DNA of 64,000 nt from an uncultured archaeon. GTDB taxonomy: Archaea > Asgardarchaeota > Lokiarchaeia > Sigyniarchaeales > SOKP01. Shown here piece after piece: positions 1 to 10,263 of this stretch (its first letter is position 1; each line of letters begins with the position of its first letter). The DNA lies in assembly GCA_964486045.1 (NCBI GenBank), contig CAZALK010000003.1:192001-256000 (forward strand). Reading direction: 5' to 3'. The position numbers were made by a program, and so were the translations under genes. The notes beneath the pieces are model-generated. The model worked only from the letters and a program-made list of their open reading frames with translations. It was not told the DNA's origin and ran no database searches.

Positions 1-1651
1 GATTTTTCCATCTGGAATTGTGAATTTCATATACATCAAAGATCTCTTTTTTGGTATTTTCAAGTAACGTGTCTATTTCAGGGGATATATCTAAATTTTT
101 TATCCAGTTGAATAATTCTAAATTATAATCAAAGGATGCATGAATAATATCTGTCCCAAAAAGGATTAATTCAATTAGTTCTTCTTTAGTTGATTGATTT
201 CCTGGCGTATTTAAATTTACTTTTATTTCTTCTAAAAGTTTGATTGCACTTCCCAATCTTGTATATATTCCTTTATGGATTTCAGGCCATAACTTCAATA
301 TTAGGGAACTGTCTAATACTGAGAGTAAATAAGATATTGACATACTCATGCCAATAACTCTTTTTAATTCTGTAGAATCACAATATTCAACAGTATCCAT
401 TGAAGAATGATAATAGGGATCCTCATGTCCAAACATAAGTGAGGGTATTCCAAAGTAAGAGTCTACAAAGAGAATATGATCACTTCCGCCTTCAAAACTT
501 GCCAATCGATAACTCATTGGGACTTTTGTCCCGTTAATAGCTATGCCTTTGGGGTGATCAGCTATTTTTTCAATAAAAAGTGATGCAATATCATTAAGGA
601 TTGACGGAGTAGAATAGGGGGCTAAATTTATTTCTAAGGGATACCCTATTTTAAGGCGATGTTCTCCAATCATATCCAAATTAAGACATGATAATACATT
701 ATTAACAGTAGCCTCATGATATTTCATCCAGGGGACGGTCCCCCCAAATTCTGGTACCCAAAGAAACCGAATAGTTCGTTTAGGGGGAATCAATGTTTTT
801 TGTTCAATTAATTGTTTCAACGCTCTTGCGAGTTCTAATAAACCTGCAGCTCCACTAGCATTATCATTTGCACTTGGAAATGGGTGGCATAAATGTGCAA
901 TAATAATGATTTCTTTCTCAGGATTTTCCTTTCCTTTAATACAAGTACTTATGACCTCCATATTGCCATCCAAAAATTTTGCATTTATTTTTGCATGAAC
1001 TTTAACTGGTCCTTTTTCTAATAATTCTTTTAAATAATATGCTTGTTTGTAAGAAATACTAAATCCGAATTTTGCTTTATCAAGTCGATCTTGAGTAGTG
1101 AAAAAACTGTTATAAATTCGTTTATCTAATTGATCTCCTGTTCTCTTTAAATCAGGATAATATATTACACCTAATGCTCCTGAATTTTCGATGTAGGAAT
1201 GATACATATGTGTTGAGCTGCACATTAGTATTATTTTTTTATCAATGTCCTTTTCATCATAATCTTCCTTATTATCCCCTTTTCCTATGTCCACTATTTC
1301 AGCTAGGACATCACACGATTTTGAATGGGTTACAATGGATGTCTGAATATCATCAAAATCACAAAGCTTTAATCTTTCCGGTTCGGTAATCCAAAGCTCC
1401 CCTGACTCGATTTCCCACTGGAAAGGTGCTACAGATCCCCAAGTATTATTTTTCCCATCCGCGGGTGATTTAAAATGCTCAATCTCACTATAACCAATTT
1501 TTAATAATTCTTTTTTAATGATTTCAGCAATTTCATGATATCCGTGGGACGCTTGTATTCTGCTAAATTGTGAAATCTTTGCTGTCCAATCCCAAGCTCT
1601 CTGTCCATTAACTACAGAAAGAATATCATTAAGATAATTTTTAATATCCAT
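1..1651 (-). CDS. M28-family aminopeptidase (DUF4910-like), 3' end runs off the window
   Basis: Manual translation from ATG 1651 (MDIKNYLNDIL...). Motifs HLCHPFPSANDNASG, WVPEFGGT, LNLDMIG, GGSDH, YYHSSMD. Absent from the ORF track because there is no stop in the window. Confidence 0.85.
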   Translation of the reverse strand, partial: MDIKNYLNDILSVVNGQRAWDWTAKISQFSRIQASHGYHEIAEIIKKELLKIGYSEIEHFKSPADGKNNTWGSVAPFQWEIESGELWITEPERLKLCDFDDIQTSIVTHSKSCDVLAEIVDIGKGDNKEDYDEKDIDKKIILMCSSTHMYHSYIENSGALGVIYYPDLKRTGDQLDKRIYNSFFTTQDRLDKAKFGFSISYKQAYYLKELLEKGPVKVHAKINAKFLDGNMEVISTCIKGKENPEKEIIIIAHLCHPFPSANDNASGAAGLLELARALKQLIEQKTLIPPKRTIRFLWVPEFGGTVPWMKYHEATVNNVLSCLNLDMIGEHRLKIGYPLEINLAPYSTPSILNDIASLFIEKIADHPKGIAINGTKVPMSYRLASFEGGSDHILFVDSYFGIPSLMFGHEDPYYHSSMDTVEYCDSTELKRVIGMSMSISYLLSVLDSSLILKLWPEIHKGIYTRLGSAIKLLEEIKVNLNTPGNQSTKEELIELILFGTDIIHASFDYNLELFNWIKNLDISPEIDTLLENTKKEIFDVYEIHNSRWKN

Positions 1652-1852
1652 GATTTTCACATTTTGAAATGGTTTTAAACTATTTTTCTCCTTTTGGATT
1701 AATTATTATTTTCCAATTCATACCTTGTCAACTTTTGAGTATTGCGAATACTAATAATTGAGCTACATTTTATAAGAATGTTTATTTTCATCAAAATAAG
1801 TATTTCTATTAAAAATTTAAAAATAAAAATTAAAACAGAAAGAATCCTGAGC

Positions 1853-4075
1853 TTATTCTACTCTCACAAACTTACCTATGTTTTTATTTAGTGTATCTAA
1901 AACTTTCTCCTCTAATTCTTCTGGAATATGCCTGAAGGAAAAATTCTCTAATTCTGGTAAAAGATTTTGAATGGTTAATCTAGTAATATAATTCAATTGA
2001 TCACCTAAAGCAAGTAATTGAAAATGAGGTGAATTTTCTATTAATAAAGCACCCCGACTCACAGTATAATAGTGATTTTGTTGTTGCACCAATAGACTTT
2101 TTCTTAAGTTGACCCAAAGATCATGAATACCTACTAGATAATTTGTCTCATCAGAAGAACCACTCTTTTCATTTTGTAAGATCAACCTCCATGCTGAATT
2201 TTGTGTTCCTATAAATATGGTATAAATCACACTTTTCTTTGTCGATTCTTTTTTTTCTGTTTTCCTGAATGTTAACCTCTTAAACATTCGTCGTAATAGA
2301 GAGTTTGTAGATTTCTCTATGATACCTTTATTTATATGTTCCAAATTTTCAAGAATTTCTTTTTTAAGATTTCCTAAACTATAATCTTGTGCTGTTTGTA
2401 AAGCTTCTTCAAAATAAGTCCTAGCTTGATCGGTTAAATTACTTTCTGCCGCGATCAACCCTTTAATCATTACTAGTCTACAGAGATCAAGATAGCTTTG
2501 ATTCTCTATAGCAATTGTCTTCGCTAAATCTAAGTGATTATGGGCTTGATTTAAGTGTTCTAACTTCTCTGTTTCTTGAAAGTATTTAAAATATGCATCA
2601 GCTAGTCGAATTTCAATATCGCTCGCACCCTCAACAGAAAGATTTATTAACATAACTTCTCGTTCATTTTTTAAGTTATCAATTAACTTTACCCAGTTGT
2701 TGTGTAATTCCCCATCGATAGCCTCCAAATCAAAACTAAAAATATGACCTACTGGTGAATCCATGAAATCGGAATCTTTTGGTAAATTGGATCGAACAAA
2801 TTCTAAAAGTTCAATGGAACCAGTTTTACCAGCAATTCTTTTAAGAGTAGAGAGAACATCAACTTTATAATAAGTAGGTACATTTTCTTCTTGAAGGAGA
2901 CTTTGGCATACCCTTCTTGATGCATCATATTTTTCGGAAATAAAAAGCGTTTCAGCATAAATGCTCATAATAGAAATTTTTAAGAAAAATTCTGCTTGAA
3001 CAACTGGGAGTGTTAGAATTGTTTGCTGTCGATTCAACGCTTGATCAAATAATCCTTGTCTAGATTCAATTACAGACATATTGGTGGAAATAACTGCCTT
3101 TGTTCTTTCATCACCGAGTTCTTCACTAACTCCCAGTACAATCTCAAAGATTTTTAGGGCTTTTTCTAGATCTCCACTAGATTGGATGACTGCTGCATAA
3201 AAATTACCTGTTACGCTTATAATCTCACGATTTTCTAAAATTTGACCGAAATTAAAGACCGGTTCTATTATCTTTATGGCCTCATTAATTTTTCCAAGAA
3301 AATACAACCTAAAACCATAATAACCTTGCAAAAGCATTAATCCAGACTTAACTTCTAAAGAAGTATTATCACTCCATTTTTTTTGACTAGTATCATATAA
3401 TTCTTCTAAAAGATCATAAGCGCTTAATCGAAGATAAACTTCAGCTTTAGCTAAAGTTGCTTCTAGTTGAATAGGAAGTGATTTAGAATCAAAATTCATT
3501 TTTTTTGCTTGTTCTATTAATTCCGAAGAGGATTTAAATCTTGCTAACAACCGTAAATATGTGGGATAACTCCAAGAATCATGCTCATAAGAATATTCTA
3601 TGAGTTCTTTACCTTTTCCAATTATAAAACCCCATTTTACAGCTAAAAAAGTTAGCAATTGACTTTTTGGATTAGCATGCCTTAGATTAGAGAAGTTTTC
3701 ATACCATTCATTTAGAGTTTTATTATGTGGATTAGATATTTGAGTAAGAATCTCTCTCTCTTTTCGATTTGCTAAAAATAGGTAACCTCGGAGTTCCGAG
3801 GGAATTGTCTGCTTTAAATTACTCCATAAAGAGGGGGCGCCTTTTCCATTTTTTTTTTCTTCATAGTAATCTTTGTGAGCGCGATAATCTCCCAGTTCAT
3901 CGATGACCACAACATTGATGTGTATTGAGTCTGAATAAGATGAATGACCTATTCGAATAGTAAATAACTTTCCAATCATTGAGTTTCCTGATTCAGATTT
4001 ATGGATATAAGTATGTGGGTTATTAATGTTGAAATTAATCTTTGTATCACATAATTTACATTGAATCTCTGTCAT
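1853..4075 (-). CDS. TPR-repeat protein with N-terminal CxxC domain, Asgard-type
   Basis: 740 aa ORF with TPR-like helices (GDLEKALKIFE, GLFDQALNRQQ) and N-terminal CKLC. Lies directly downstream of a small GTPase. Confidence 0.7.
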   Translation of the reverse strand: MTEIQCKLCDTKINFNINNPHTYIHKSESGNSMIGKLFTIRIGHSSYSDSIHINVVVIDELGDYRAHKDYYEEKKNGKGAPSLWSNLKQTIPSELRGYLFLANRKEREILTQISNPHNKTLNEWYENFSNLRHANPKSQLLTFLAVKWGFIIGKGKELIEYSYEHDSWSYPTYLRLLARFKSSSELIEQAKKMNFDSKSLPIQLEATLAKAEVYLRLSAYDLLEELYDTSQKKWSDNTSLEVKSGLMLLQGYYGFRLYFLGKINEAIKIIEPVFNFGQILENREIISVTGNFYAAVIQSSGDLEKALKIFEIVLGVSEELGDERTKAVISTNMSVIESRQGLFDQALNRQQTILTLPVVQAEFFLKISIMSIYAETLFISEKYDASRRVCQSLLQEENVPTYYKVDVLSTLKRIAGKTGSIELLEFVRSNLPKDSDFMDSPVGHIFSFDLEAIDGELHNNWVKLIDNLKNEREVMLINLSVEGASDIEIRLADAYFKYFQETEKLEHLNQAHNHLDLAKTIAIENQSYLDLCRLVMIKGLIAAESNLTDQARTYFEEALQTAQDYSLGNLKKEILENLEHINKGIIEKSTNSLLRRMFKRLTFRKTEKKESTKKSVIYTIFIGTQNSAWRLILQNEKSGSSDETNYLVGIHDLWVNLRKSLLVQQQNHYYTVSRGALLIENSPHFQLLALGDQLNYITRLTIQNLLPELENFSFRHIPEELEEKVLDTLNKNIGKFVRVE

Positions 4076-4138
4076 CCTAACACCTCATCTTACTTTTTAT
4101 CGAGAAGATGAGAGTTTCTATTATGATATAGAGCTACC

Positions 4139-4744
4139 CTAATTATTAAGGAGATTTTTACCAATTTTAGTAATCTCATCTAGTAAGTTATCAATACCTC
4201 TTCCATCTAATGAACAAGTTTCTACATATTTTTGAAAATATTTATCCTTACCTACTATGGAGTTGATTAATTCATCGGAGATATTTCTTTCCAAGTCAAT
4301 TTTATTACCTACGAGAACTAAGTCCGAATGGCCATTTGTATGATTGTTACTAAGATCCATTAGTTCTCTCCAACCATTTATATTTTCAAATGATTTATAC
4401 ACGTCAACTGAGAAGACGAAGATATATATGTCTATAGATTTAGTTACCTGATTCCTCATAAGATCTAAAGGATGAGTTCCGGGAATTAATTGTCCTGTTA
4501 AGTCATAGCATTGAAATAACAAATCTTTATAAACCCAAGTTTCTATTTCCATAAAAGGAGTACGAGTTATCTCTTTGTTCTTTAATACTTGTGCCCCATT
4601 CGATTCGTCTATATAATTTATTGTTTTTTGAATTAAAGCTTGTACTAATGTCGTCTTTCCGACTGCACCATCCCCTACAATGGTCATACGTACTAATTTT
4701 TTTGATTTTTTTAATCTTTTTATGAATTGAGATAATTTCCCCAT
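4139..4744 (-). CDS. Ras-superfamily small GTPase (Rab/Roc-like)
   Basis: G1 GDGAVGKT, G3 DLTGQ, G4 NKID, G5 CSL. ATG at 4744 preferred over TTG at 4759. Confidence 0.9.
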   Translation of the reverse strand: MGKLSQFIKRLKKSKKLVRMTIVGDGAVGKTTLVQALIQKTINYIDESNGAQVLKNKEITRTPFMEIETWVYKDLLFQCYDLTGQLIPGTHPLDLMRNQVTKSIDIYIFVFSVDVYKSFENINGWRELMDLSNNHTNGHSDLVLVGNKIDLERNISDELINSIVGKDKYFQKYVETCSLDGRGIDNLLDEITKIGKNLLNN

Positions 4745-5090
4745 GTTAAAAACACCCAATAAGTTATTACATTTATTGTTGAAATATTAACCCTATTAAT
4801 GATGTAACCATAAAGTTTTTGTTGATTTAGAGATTTAAATGTAGGTTTTAAAGATTTTGTACGTGTTAGTCAGAGAGACAAAGAATTAATCAAATATTTC
4901 ATTTGACAAAAATGAATTTGCTAAGTATAAATTGAAACACCAGTTGCATAAGACTTATAATCGAGGCTGATAATTGAATTTAAATTAGTTCCTTATATTA
5001 TAAAAACCGTGTATTATTGGTATATATTAAGAATTGAGGAATTTCAATTTCAAGGAGGAGGTGCCTTATTTTTTTCAATTTTAAGTTTTT

Positions 5091-6371
5091 TCATTCAAAA
5101 CTAAAAATTGATTTAAAATCCAAATATAAATTAAACTCCCTCCTTTCTTTATCAAGATCTTGTGTTGCACTTTTGATAATTTTATCTAGAGTATGATGAT
5201 TAAGTTCCTTTTTAAATTTTCTATCCCACTTCCACCAATTAGGTAATCCTAGAAAATGAATATTCCACAAAACCTTATTTTCTTTTGTTGATCTTTTGTT
5301 GATTTCTTTAGAAAGCAAAATCCAAAATACAACAAGATTGCTCGAGATCTTCTCATTTCTTTCAATTGGTCCTCTAAAAAATTTACCAAATGCAAGGAGC
5401 ATGAGAACCGCAAGTCCGTATTTCATCTGAATTCTAGATGTCTCTGGTAAAATAAGTTCCTTTATCATATTCCAACTGTCCACGCCTGATATTTTCTCTA
5501 CATCCTCATTAATGCTCTCTTTTATTTTATTGAAATAAAATTCCTCTTTTAAGTAAGATCTAGTATTAACATATTGAAAGATCCGAAGAGCTCCAGCAAT
5601 CCTCCATTCTATCCATTGTTGAGAATATTCTAATGCCATTTTTAAGGCTGCTTCTTTATCCGACCAATAGCTTAAAATGTTTTTTAATGTAAAATTAATT
5701 TGATCATAATAATCTACATAATGATCATAAATACGAGCATAAGAATAGCCCAATATATCAATGTAAGTAAAAATTTCTAATAGATCGATAAATTTATTAA
5801 AATTTTGTTCACTAGTTCCTATTTTATTAAACTCAGAATCGTATATTACAGAATATATCCCAAAAAAAGTAGACTCACCTGTATAAATAGAAGCAAATAA
5901 TAAATGATACTGAATTACTTTTTTTATTAGTAATTTATCAATCTCAGAAAGATCAAATAGGTTAAGCATGTTTTGTTTTGAGATTAGCAAATAACTTTGG
6001 TAAGGATGCTTTTTCTTATTAAATAGTCTCCCTATATCATGATACATCAAAATTATTGGTAGGATTAACCGGTTCGGTAAGTTTTGATTAAATAATTTTT
6101 CTCGAATTATATTTAAAGAATCATCTGATATCGTATCGTGAGAAAACTTTCCGGATTTTATTAGAAAGTATATTTTAAAAGACCTAAATATATGTCTTAT
6201 TGTTCTTTGAAACTCCTCCGGGTCATTTTTTGTACCATCCTGAAAAACTGTTCTCAAATTTGGAAAAATCGATAAAACCTGAGTGTAAGCATCAGATTTA
6301 TCAATTTCAGATGAAGAGTCAATCCATGAGAGTTCCAAACTATCGAACAGTTTCGAAAGAGATTCAATCAT
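5091..6371 (-). CDS. hypothetical protein with HD-like motif
   Basis: 426 aa ORF with YHDIGR and HPYQS. Overlaps the dehydratase stop by 1 nt. Confidence 0.6.
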   Translation of the reverse strand: MIESLSKLFDSLELSWIDSSSEIDKSDAYTQVLSIFPNLRTVFQDGTKNDPEEFQRTIRHIFRSFKIYFLIKSGKFSHDTISDDSLNIIREKLFNQNLPNRLILPIILMYHDIGRLFNKKKHPYQSYLLISKQNMLNLFDLSEIDKLLIKKVIQYHLLFASIYTGESTFFGIYSVIYDSEFNKIGTSEQNFNKFIDLLEIFTYIDILGYSYARIYDHYVDYYDQINFTLKNILSYWSDKEAALKMALEYSQQWIEWRIAGALRIFQYVNTRSYLKEEFYFNKIKESINEDVEKISGVDSWNMIKELILPETSRIQMKYGLAVLMLLAFGKFFRGPIERNEKISSNLVVFWILLSKEINKRSTKENKVLWNIHFLGLPNWWKWDRKFKKELNHHTLDKIIKSATQDLDKERREFNLYLDFKSIFSFE

Positions 6372-7330
6372 TATTTTAAAATACGATCTTTTAATAATTG
6401 AAAAAATGGTTCAATATCAATATTTCCCCCACTCAAAATAAGTCCCACTTTTTTATCCTTAATCTGAATTTTATCTGAGAGTAGGGATGCTAGAGGAACT
6501 GCACCCGAAGGTTCAACAATAATTTTCATTCGATTCCATAGAAACCTCATTGCATCTATTATCTCCGTTTCTGAAACAGTTAATATCTGGTCAACATATT
6601 TTTGAATGAAATTAAACGTTTTCATACAAATTGATGTACGTAGACCGTCAGCAATTGTGTTTGGATAAGTACTCGGAATTATATGTCCTGATTGGATAGA
6701 TCTTAAGGCATCATCTGCTAGTGATGGTTCTACTCCAAAAACTCGGGCTTTTGGGCATAGTCCTTTAGTTGCAAGGGCTGTCCCACTCAATAACCCTCCA
6801 CCGCCAAGTGGAGTAATTATGACATCAAAATCTCCTTTTTCCTTTATTAATTCATAAACTGCTGTTCCTTGACCGTTGATTACATTGTCATTATCATACG
6901 GATGAATTAAAATGTAGTTATTCTTCTTTATTAAGTTATCAGTTGTTCTCATCCTTGATTCGAGAGTATTGTCGCAAAAAACTATATCAGCACCATAATC
7001 TTTTGTTGCATTAATTTTATTTAAAGGAGCTCCCTTAGGCATCACAATTATAGCCTGAATGCTTAACAAAGAAGACGCAAGTGCGACTGCTTGTGCATGA
7101 TTACCACTTGAATGAGTAATAACTCCTCGCTTTTTTTCTTCCTCAGTAAGTAAACTTAAAGCATTATAAGCGCCCCGAAATTTGAAAGCTCCAACTCTCT
7201 GAAAGTTTTCGCATTTTAAATAAATTTTTGCTTGTACGAGAGTATTTAATGACCTTGAAGTCATAACGGGTGTGTTATTAACTATATTTTTTATCCTACT
7301 ATACGACTCTTCTATACCAATAAATGACAT
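6371..7330 (-). CDS. PLP-dependent serine/threonine dehydratase / serine racemase family
   Basis: KCENFQRVGAFKFRGA, SSGNHAQ, GGGGL, SGGNID motifs. Confidence 0.93.
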   Translation of the reverse strand: MSFIGIEESYSRIKNIVNNTPVMTSRSLNTLVQAKIYLKCENFQRVGAFKFRGAYNALSLLTEEEKKRGVITHSSGNHAQAVALASSLLSIQAIIVMPKGAPLNKINATKDYGADIVFCDNTLESRMRTTDNLIKKNNYILIHPYDNDNVINGQGTAVYELIKEKGDFDVIITPLGGGGLLSGTALATKGLCPKARVFGVEPSLADDALRSIQSGHIIPSTYPNTIADGLRTSICMKTFNFIQKYVDQILTVSETEIIDAMRFLWNRMKIIVEPSGAVPLASLLSDKIQIKDKKVGLILSGGNIDIEPFFQLLKDRILK

Positions 7331-7418
7331 TTTTATTTAATTCTCTCCCATGTACATGAAAAATCAATCTTTTTTGAAGTAATTAGACCTATCAGAAAAA
7401 AATAATAGAGATAGTTGT

Positions 7419-8549
7419 TTATACGTCCTTAAATGACATACATTGGACACCCTTTCCAGAATACCCAGGCCCAAAACATTTCAAACATGATATACATCTC
7501 GCAGGGGTCTGGTTTCCAGTTTTTGCTTCTAAATTCCATCGCTCAATTAGATCTGGTTCACTTATTAATGGTCGACAAAGTTCAATCGCATCAAACTTCG
7601 CTATTTTCTCTCCATCACCCGTCAGTAACCTCACTATTGTTTCTGGGGAACGAATCCCACCAACTAATACAAAGAATATACTTGTATCCCCTACGGTCTC
7701 CTTAATAACTTTAGCCTTCTCTAAAAAATATGCTTCACCTACTTTTTTTGGATCTTGAGTAGCATTTGAACCACTTATCGTGACGAGACATGCTCCAGCG
7801 TCAGCTATTTTCTTTATTAATTCACCTACCTCTTCTGGTTTTGTTCCAGTTGAGCTTGAATTAACTTTTACAAAAATGGGTACATCAACAACTTTTTTTA
7901 CTGCCAAAATCACCTCTATCATAGCTTTTGAGCGTCCTTCTAAAGTTGTACCTGTGTAGGGATCATCAACAGGTCGTTTGTTTATGGCAGGATCAAAAAA
8001 TTGCCAGAGTTGGTAACCATGAGCACCATGAATATTAATCGCATCAAAACCGGCATCAACTGCTCTTTTCGCCCCTATAGCATAAGATTGTGTCACCTCT
8101 TCAATCTGTTCAATGGTCATAGCTTTAACCTTAATTTTACTACCTGTTGGAGTTGGTTTCTCTTCATCACTAGGGCCAAAAGCTACTTCTCCTCCCCAAA
8201 ACACTGGATTAGCAGCCCTACCACAATGAACTAGTTGAGCTCCAGTCAAACTTCCTGTTGAATGGATCACATCAGCTAATCTTTTTAGGCCCTCAGAATC
8301 TTCTGGCTTTGAGTTTGAGATCTGACCCGGAAGAGATTTTCCTTCTGGACTGACATATTGAAAACTCGTTAATACTAAACCCGCCTTAATTTTACTATAG
8401 GTATCTATTAAGGTATCATTAATGGTTCCATCGGGATTTGCCATCCCCATCCAAGTGGCAGCTCGCCATATTCGATTTTTCACGGTTAATTGACCTGGTA
8501 ATTCGAACTCCTTTAGTACAGTATTATCCCATACGTCCTTATTTACCAT
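7419..8549 (-). CDS. NADH:flavin oxidoreductase (Old Yellow Enzyme family)
   Basis: KNRIWRAAT, QLVHCGR, AGFDAINIHGAHGY, C-terminal CISCLKC. Confidence 0.9.
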   Translation of the reverse strand: MVNKDVWDNTVLKEFELPGQLTVKNRIWRAATWMGMANPDGTINDTLIDTYSKIKAGLVLTSFQYVSPEGKSLPGQISNSKPEDSEGLKRLADVIHSTGSLTGAQLVHCGRAANPVFWGGEVAFGPSDEEKPTPTGSKIKVKAMTIEQIEEVTQSYAIGAKRAVDAGFDAINIHGAHGYQLWQFFDPAINKRPVDDPYTGTTLEGRSKAMIEVILAVKKVVDVPIFVKVNSSSTGTKPEEVGELIKKIADAGACLVTISGSNATQDPKKVGEAYFLEKAKVIKETVGDTSIFFVLVGGIRSPETIVRLLTGDGEKIAKFDAIELCRPLISEPDLIERWNLEAKTGNQTPARCISCLKCFGPGYSGKGVQCMSFKDV

Positions 8550-8789
8550 ATTTTTTATCTCCTATATCTGTTAATTTTGTCTTTTTATTTTTTTTCCTAT
8601 ATATAACTTCTTTCTTATTGAAATCCTTTTACTTATTAATATCCTTTTAATTAGAATTAGAGCCTAAATTAATATTTTGTGAGTTTAAATTACTTAGTTA
8701 GCAATATTTTAAATGAAAACCAACTTATTTTAAAATTTTATAATTTTATATAGAATTCTAGATTAGTTTAATTCTTAAGATTGACCTAA

Positions 8790-10145
8790 ATGGGATTTAA
8801 AGATTTAATATTATTAAAGAAGAAGGAAAACCTGGTTTTTGTAGTTCTTTTATCCTGGATGTTAATAGGGCATTTTTCAAACATCTTTATCCCATTTAAT
8901 ATATTTTTTGTTTTTTTGCCTTTATTGACTTATTCAAGTTTTTTATTTGCGCTCTCAGCTTTTCAAAACAAAGATATCCTACATATGAGTTTTGCTGAAC
9001 ATATCAAATCATTTTTAATTTCATTAGTTTTAGGTCTTATGCCTCTTTTTATTCTTGCAATTAATTTTATCCTATTTTTAATCGTTATTTTTATCATTTT
9101 TCTGGGATTGCTTATTTTATATCTTTTATTACCAAACTTTCAAAAAAGGGATCTATTATTTTATTCACTATGGTTTATAATTTGGATAGGATTTGTTTTT
9201 GTTTCATTTATCTTTATTCTGCTTTTTATTCCATTAATGATATTACAGAGAGTTCGCCAAAAAGCAGAAAAAAACGACCTTAAAATAGTGAATTATCGAT
9301 ATTCAACAACACTGCAATTTTCTGAATTTATTGGAGGAAATATATTAGCATTTATTATCCTCTCTTTTGCTTATCTAATTTCTGTATTAATGATAAAAAC
9401 ATATGGTGTAGTGGAATTTGATTTGCCTGGAATGTTAGAAGGTATGATAGGTTTCATGAGTTTTGTATTATTCATGGGAATCTTCTTTTTATTTTTCGGA
9501 ATTCTGAATTCATGGCTAGGTGTGTTTAACATAATCGTAGGAGTGTATTCTTTTTATTTAATGGTTAAAGCGTATTATAAGTTGAGTATATCCATAGGAA
9601 TACTAGGAGGAATTATCCCAAACTTGGCAACTATTCAATATCTTATTGACATTGGATTATTAATTATTAATTTGCTGTTTTTTTTATATGTTATAGGAGA
9701 TATTAGCGGGAAGATGACAATAGTGGTAGGTGAAAAATTGAAATCCTGGAAGACTGAAACAATAATAATATGGTTAATACTTTCAAATAGCACGGATGAA
9801 TTCGTACACATCGTTGCTGGGATTGAAATAATGGGTGTCAAGGAAGGCGTCGAATTAGCACTTTTTCTTTTAGTAGGATTCGTGGGGATTCAGGGTATGA
9901 TTTCATTTAGTAAAAAACAGCATAAAGGAGAATTTTTTAAGTCAAGAAAATCAACTATAATCTTTATCATATTGCTTTTTATTACATTTAGTGGATTTAC
10001 TACAATAAATAATTTTATAATTTCAATTTTTCCAATATTAGGTCCATCAGAAATTCCTATATTATCTCCCTCTTTTATTCTTCTCCTTTTACTATTTGGA
10101 TTTATTGCTGTAATATTTTTTTACAAAGATACAGTTAAAAAATAA
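8790..10145 (+). CDS. multi-pass membrane hypothetical protein
   Basis: 451 aa, many hydrophobic segments. Confidence 0.7.
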   Translation: MGFKDLILLKKKENLVFVVLLSWMLIGHFSNIFIPFNIFFVFLPLLTYSSFLFALSAFQNKDILHMSFAEHIKSFLISLVLGLMPLFILAINFILFLIVIFIIFLGLLILYLLLPNFQKRDLLFYSLWFIIWIGFVFVSFIFILLFIPLMILQRVRQKAEKNDLKIVNYRYSTTLQFSEFIGGNILAFIILSFAYLISVLMIKTYGVVEFDLPGMLEGMIGFMSFVLFMGIFFLFFGILNSWLGVFNIIVGVYSFYLMVKAYYKLSISIGILGGIIPNLATIQYLIDIGLLIINLLFFLYVIGDISGKMTIVVGEKLKSWKTETIIIWLILSNSTDEFVHIVAGIEIMGVKEGVELALFLLVGFVGIQGMISFSKKQHKGEFFKSRKSTIIFIILLFITFSGFTTINNFIISIFPILGPSEIPILSPSFILLLLLFGFIAVIFFYKDTVKK

Positions 10146-10263
10146 AGGTTCTTTTTAGATAAACTACCAAGCAAGATCACGAATAGGATAATACTAATCA
10201 TTATAAAGCCAACTATTGCAAACATTTTTGAAGAATCACACGTTGTTCTCACTTTTTTTGATT

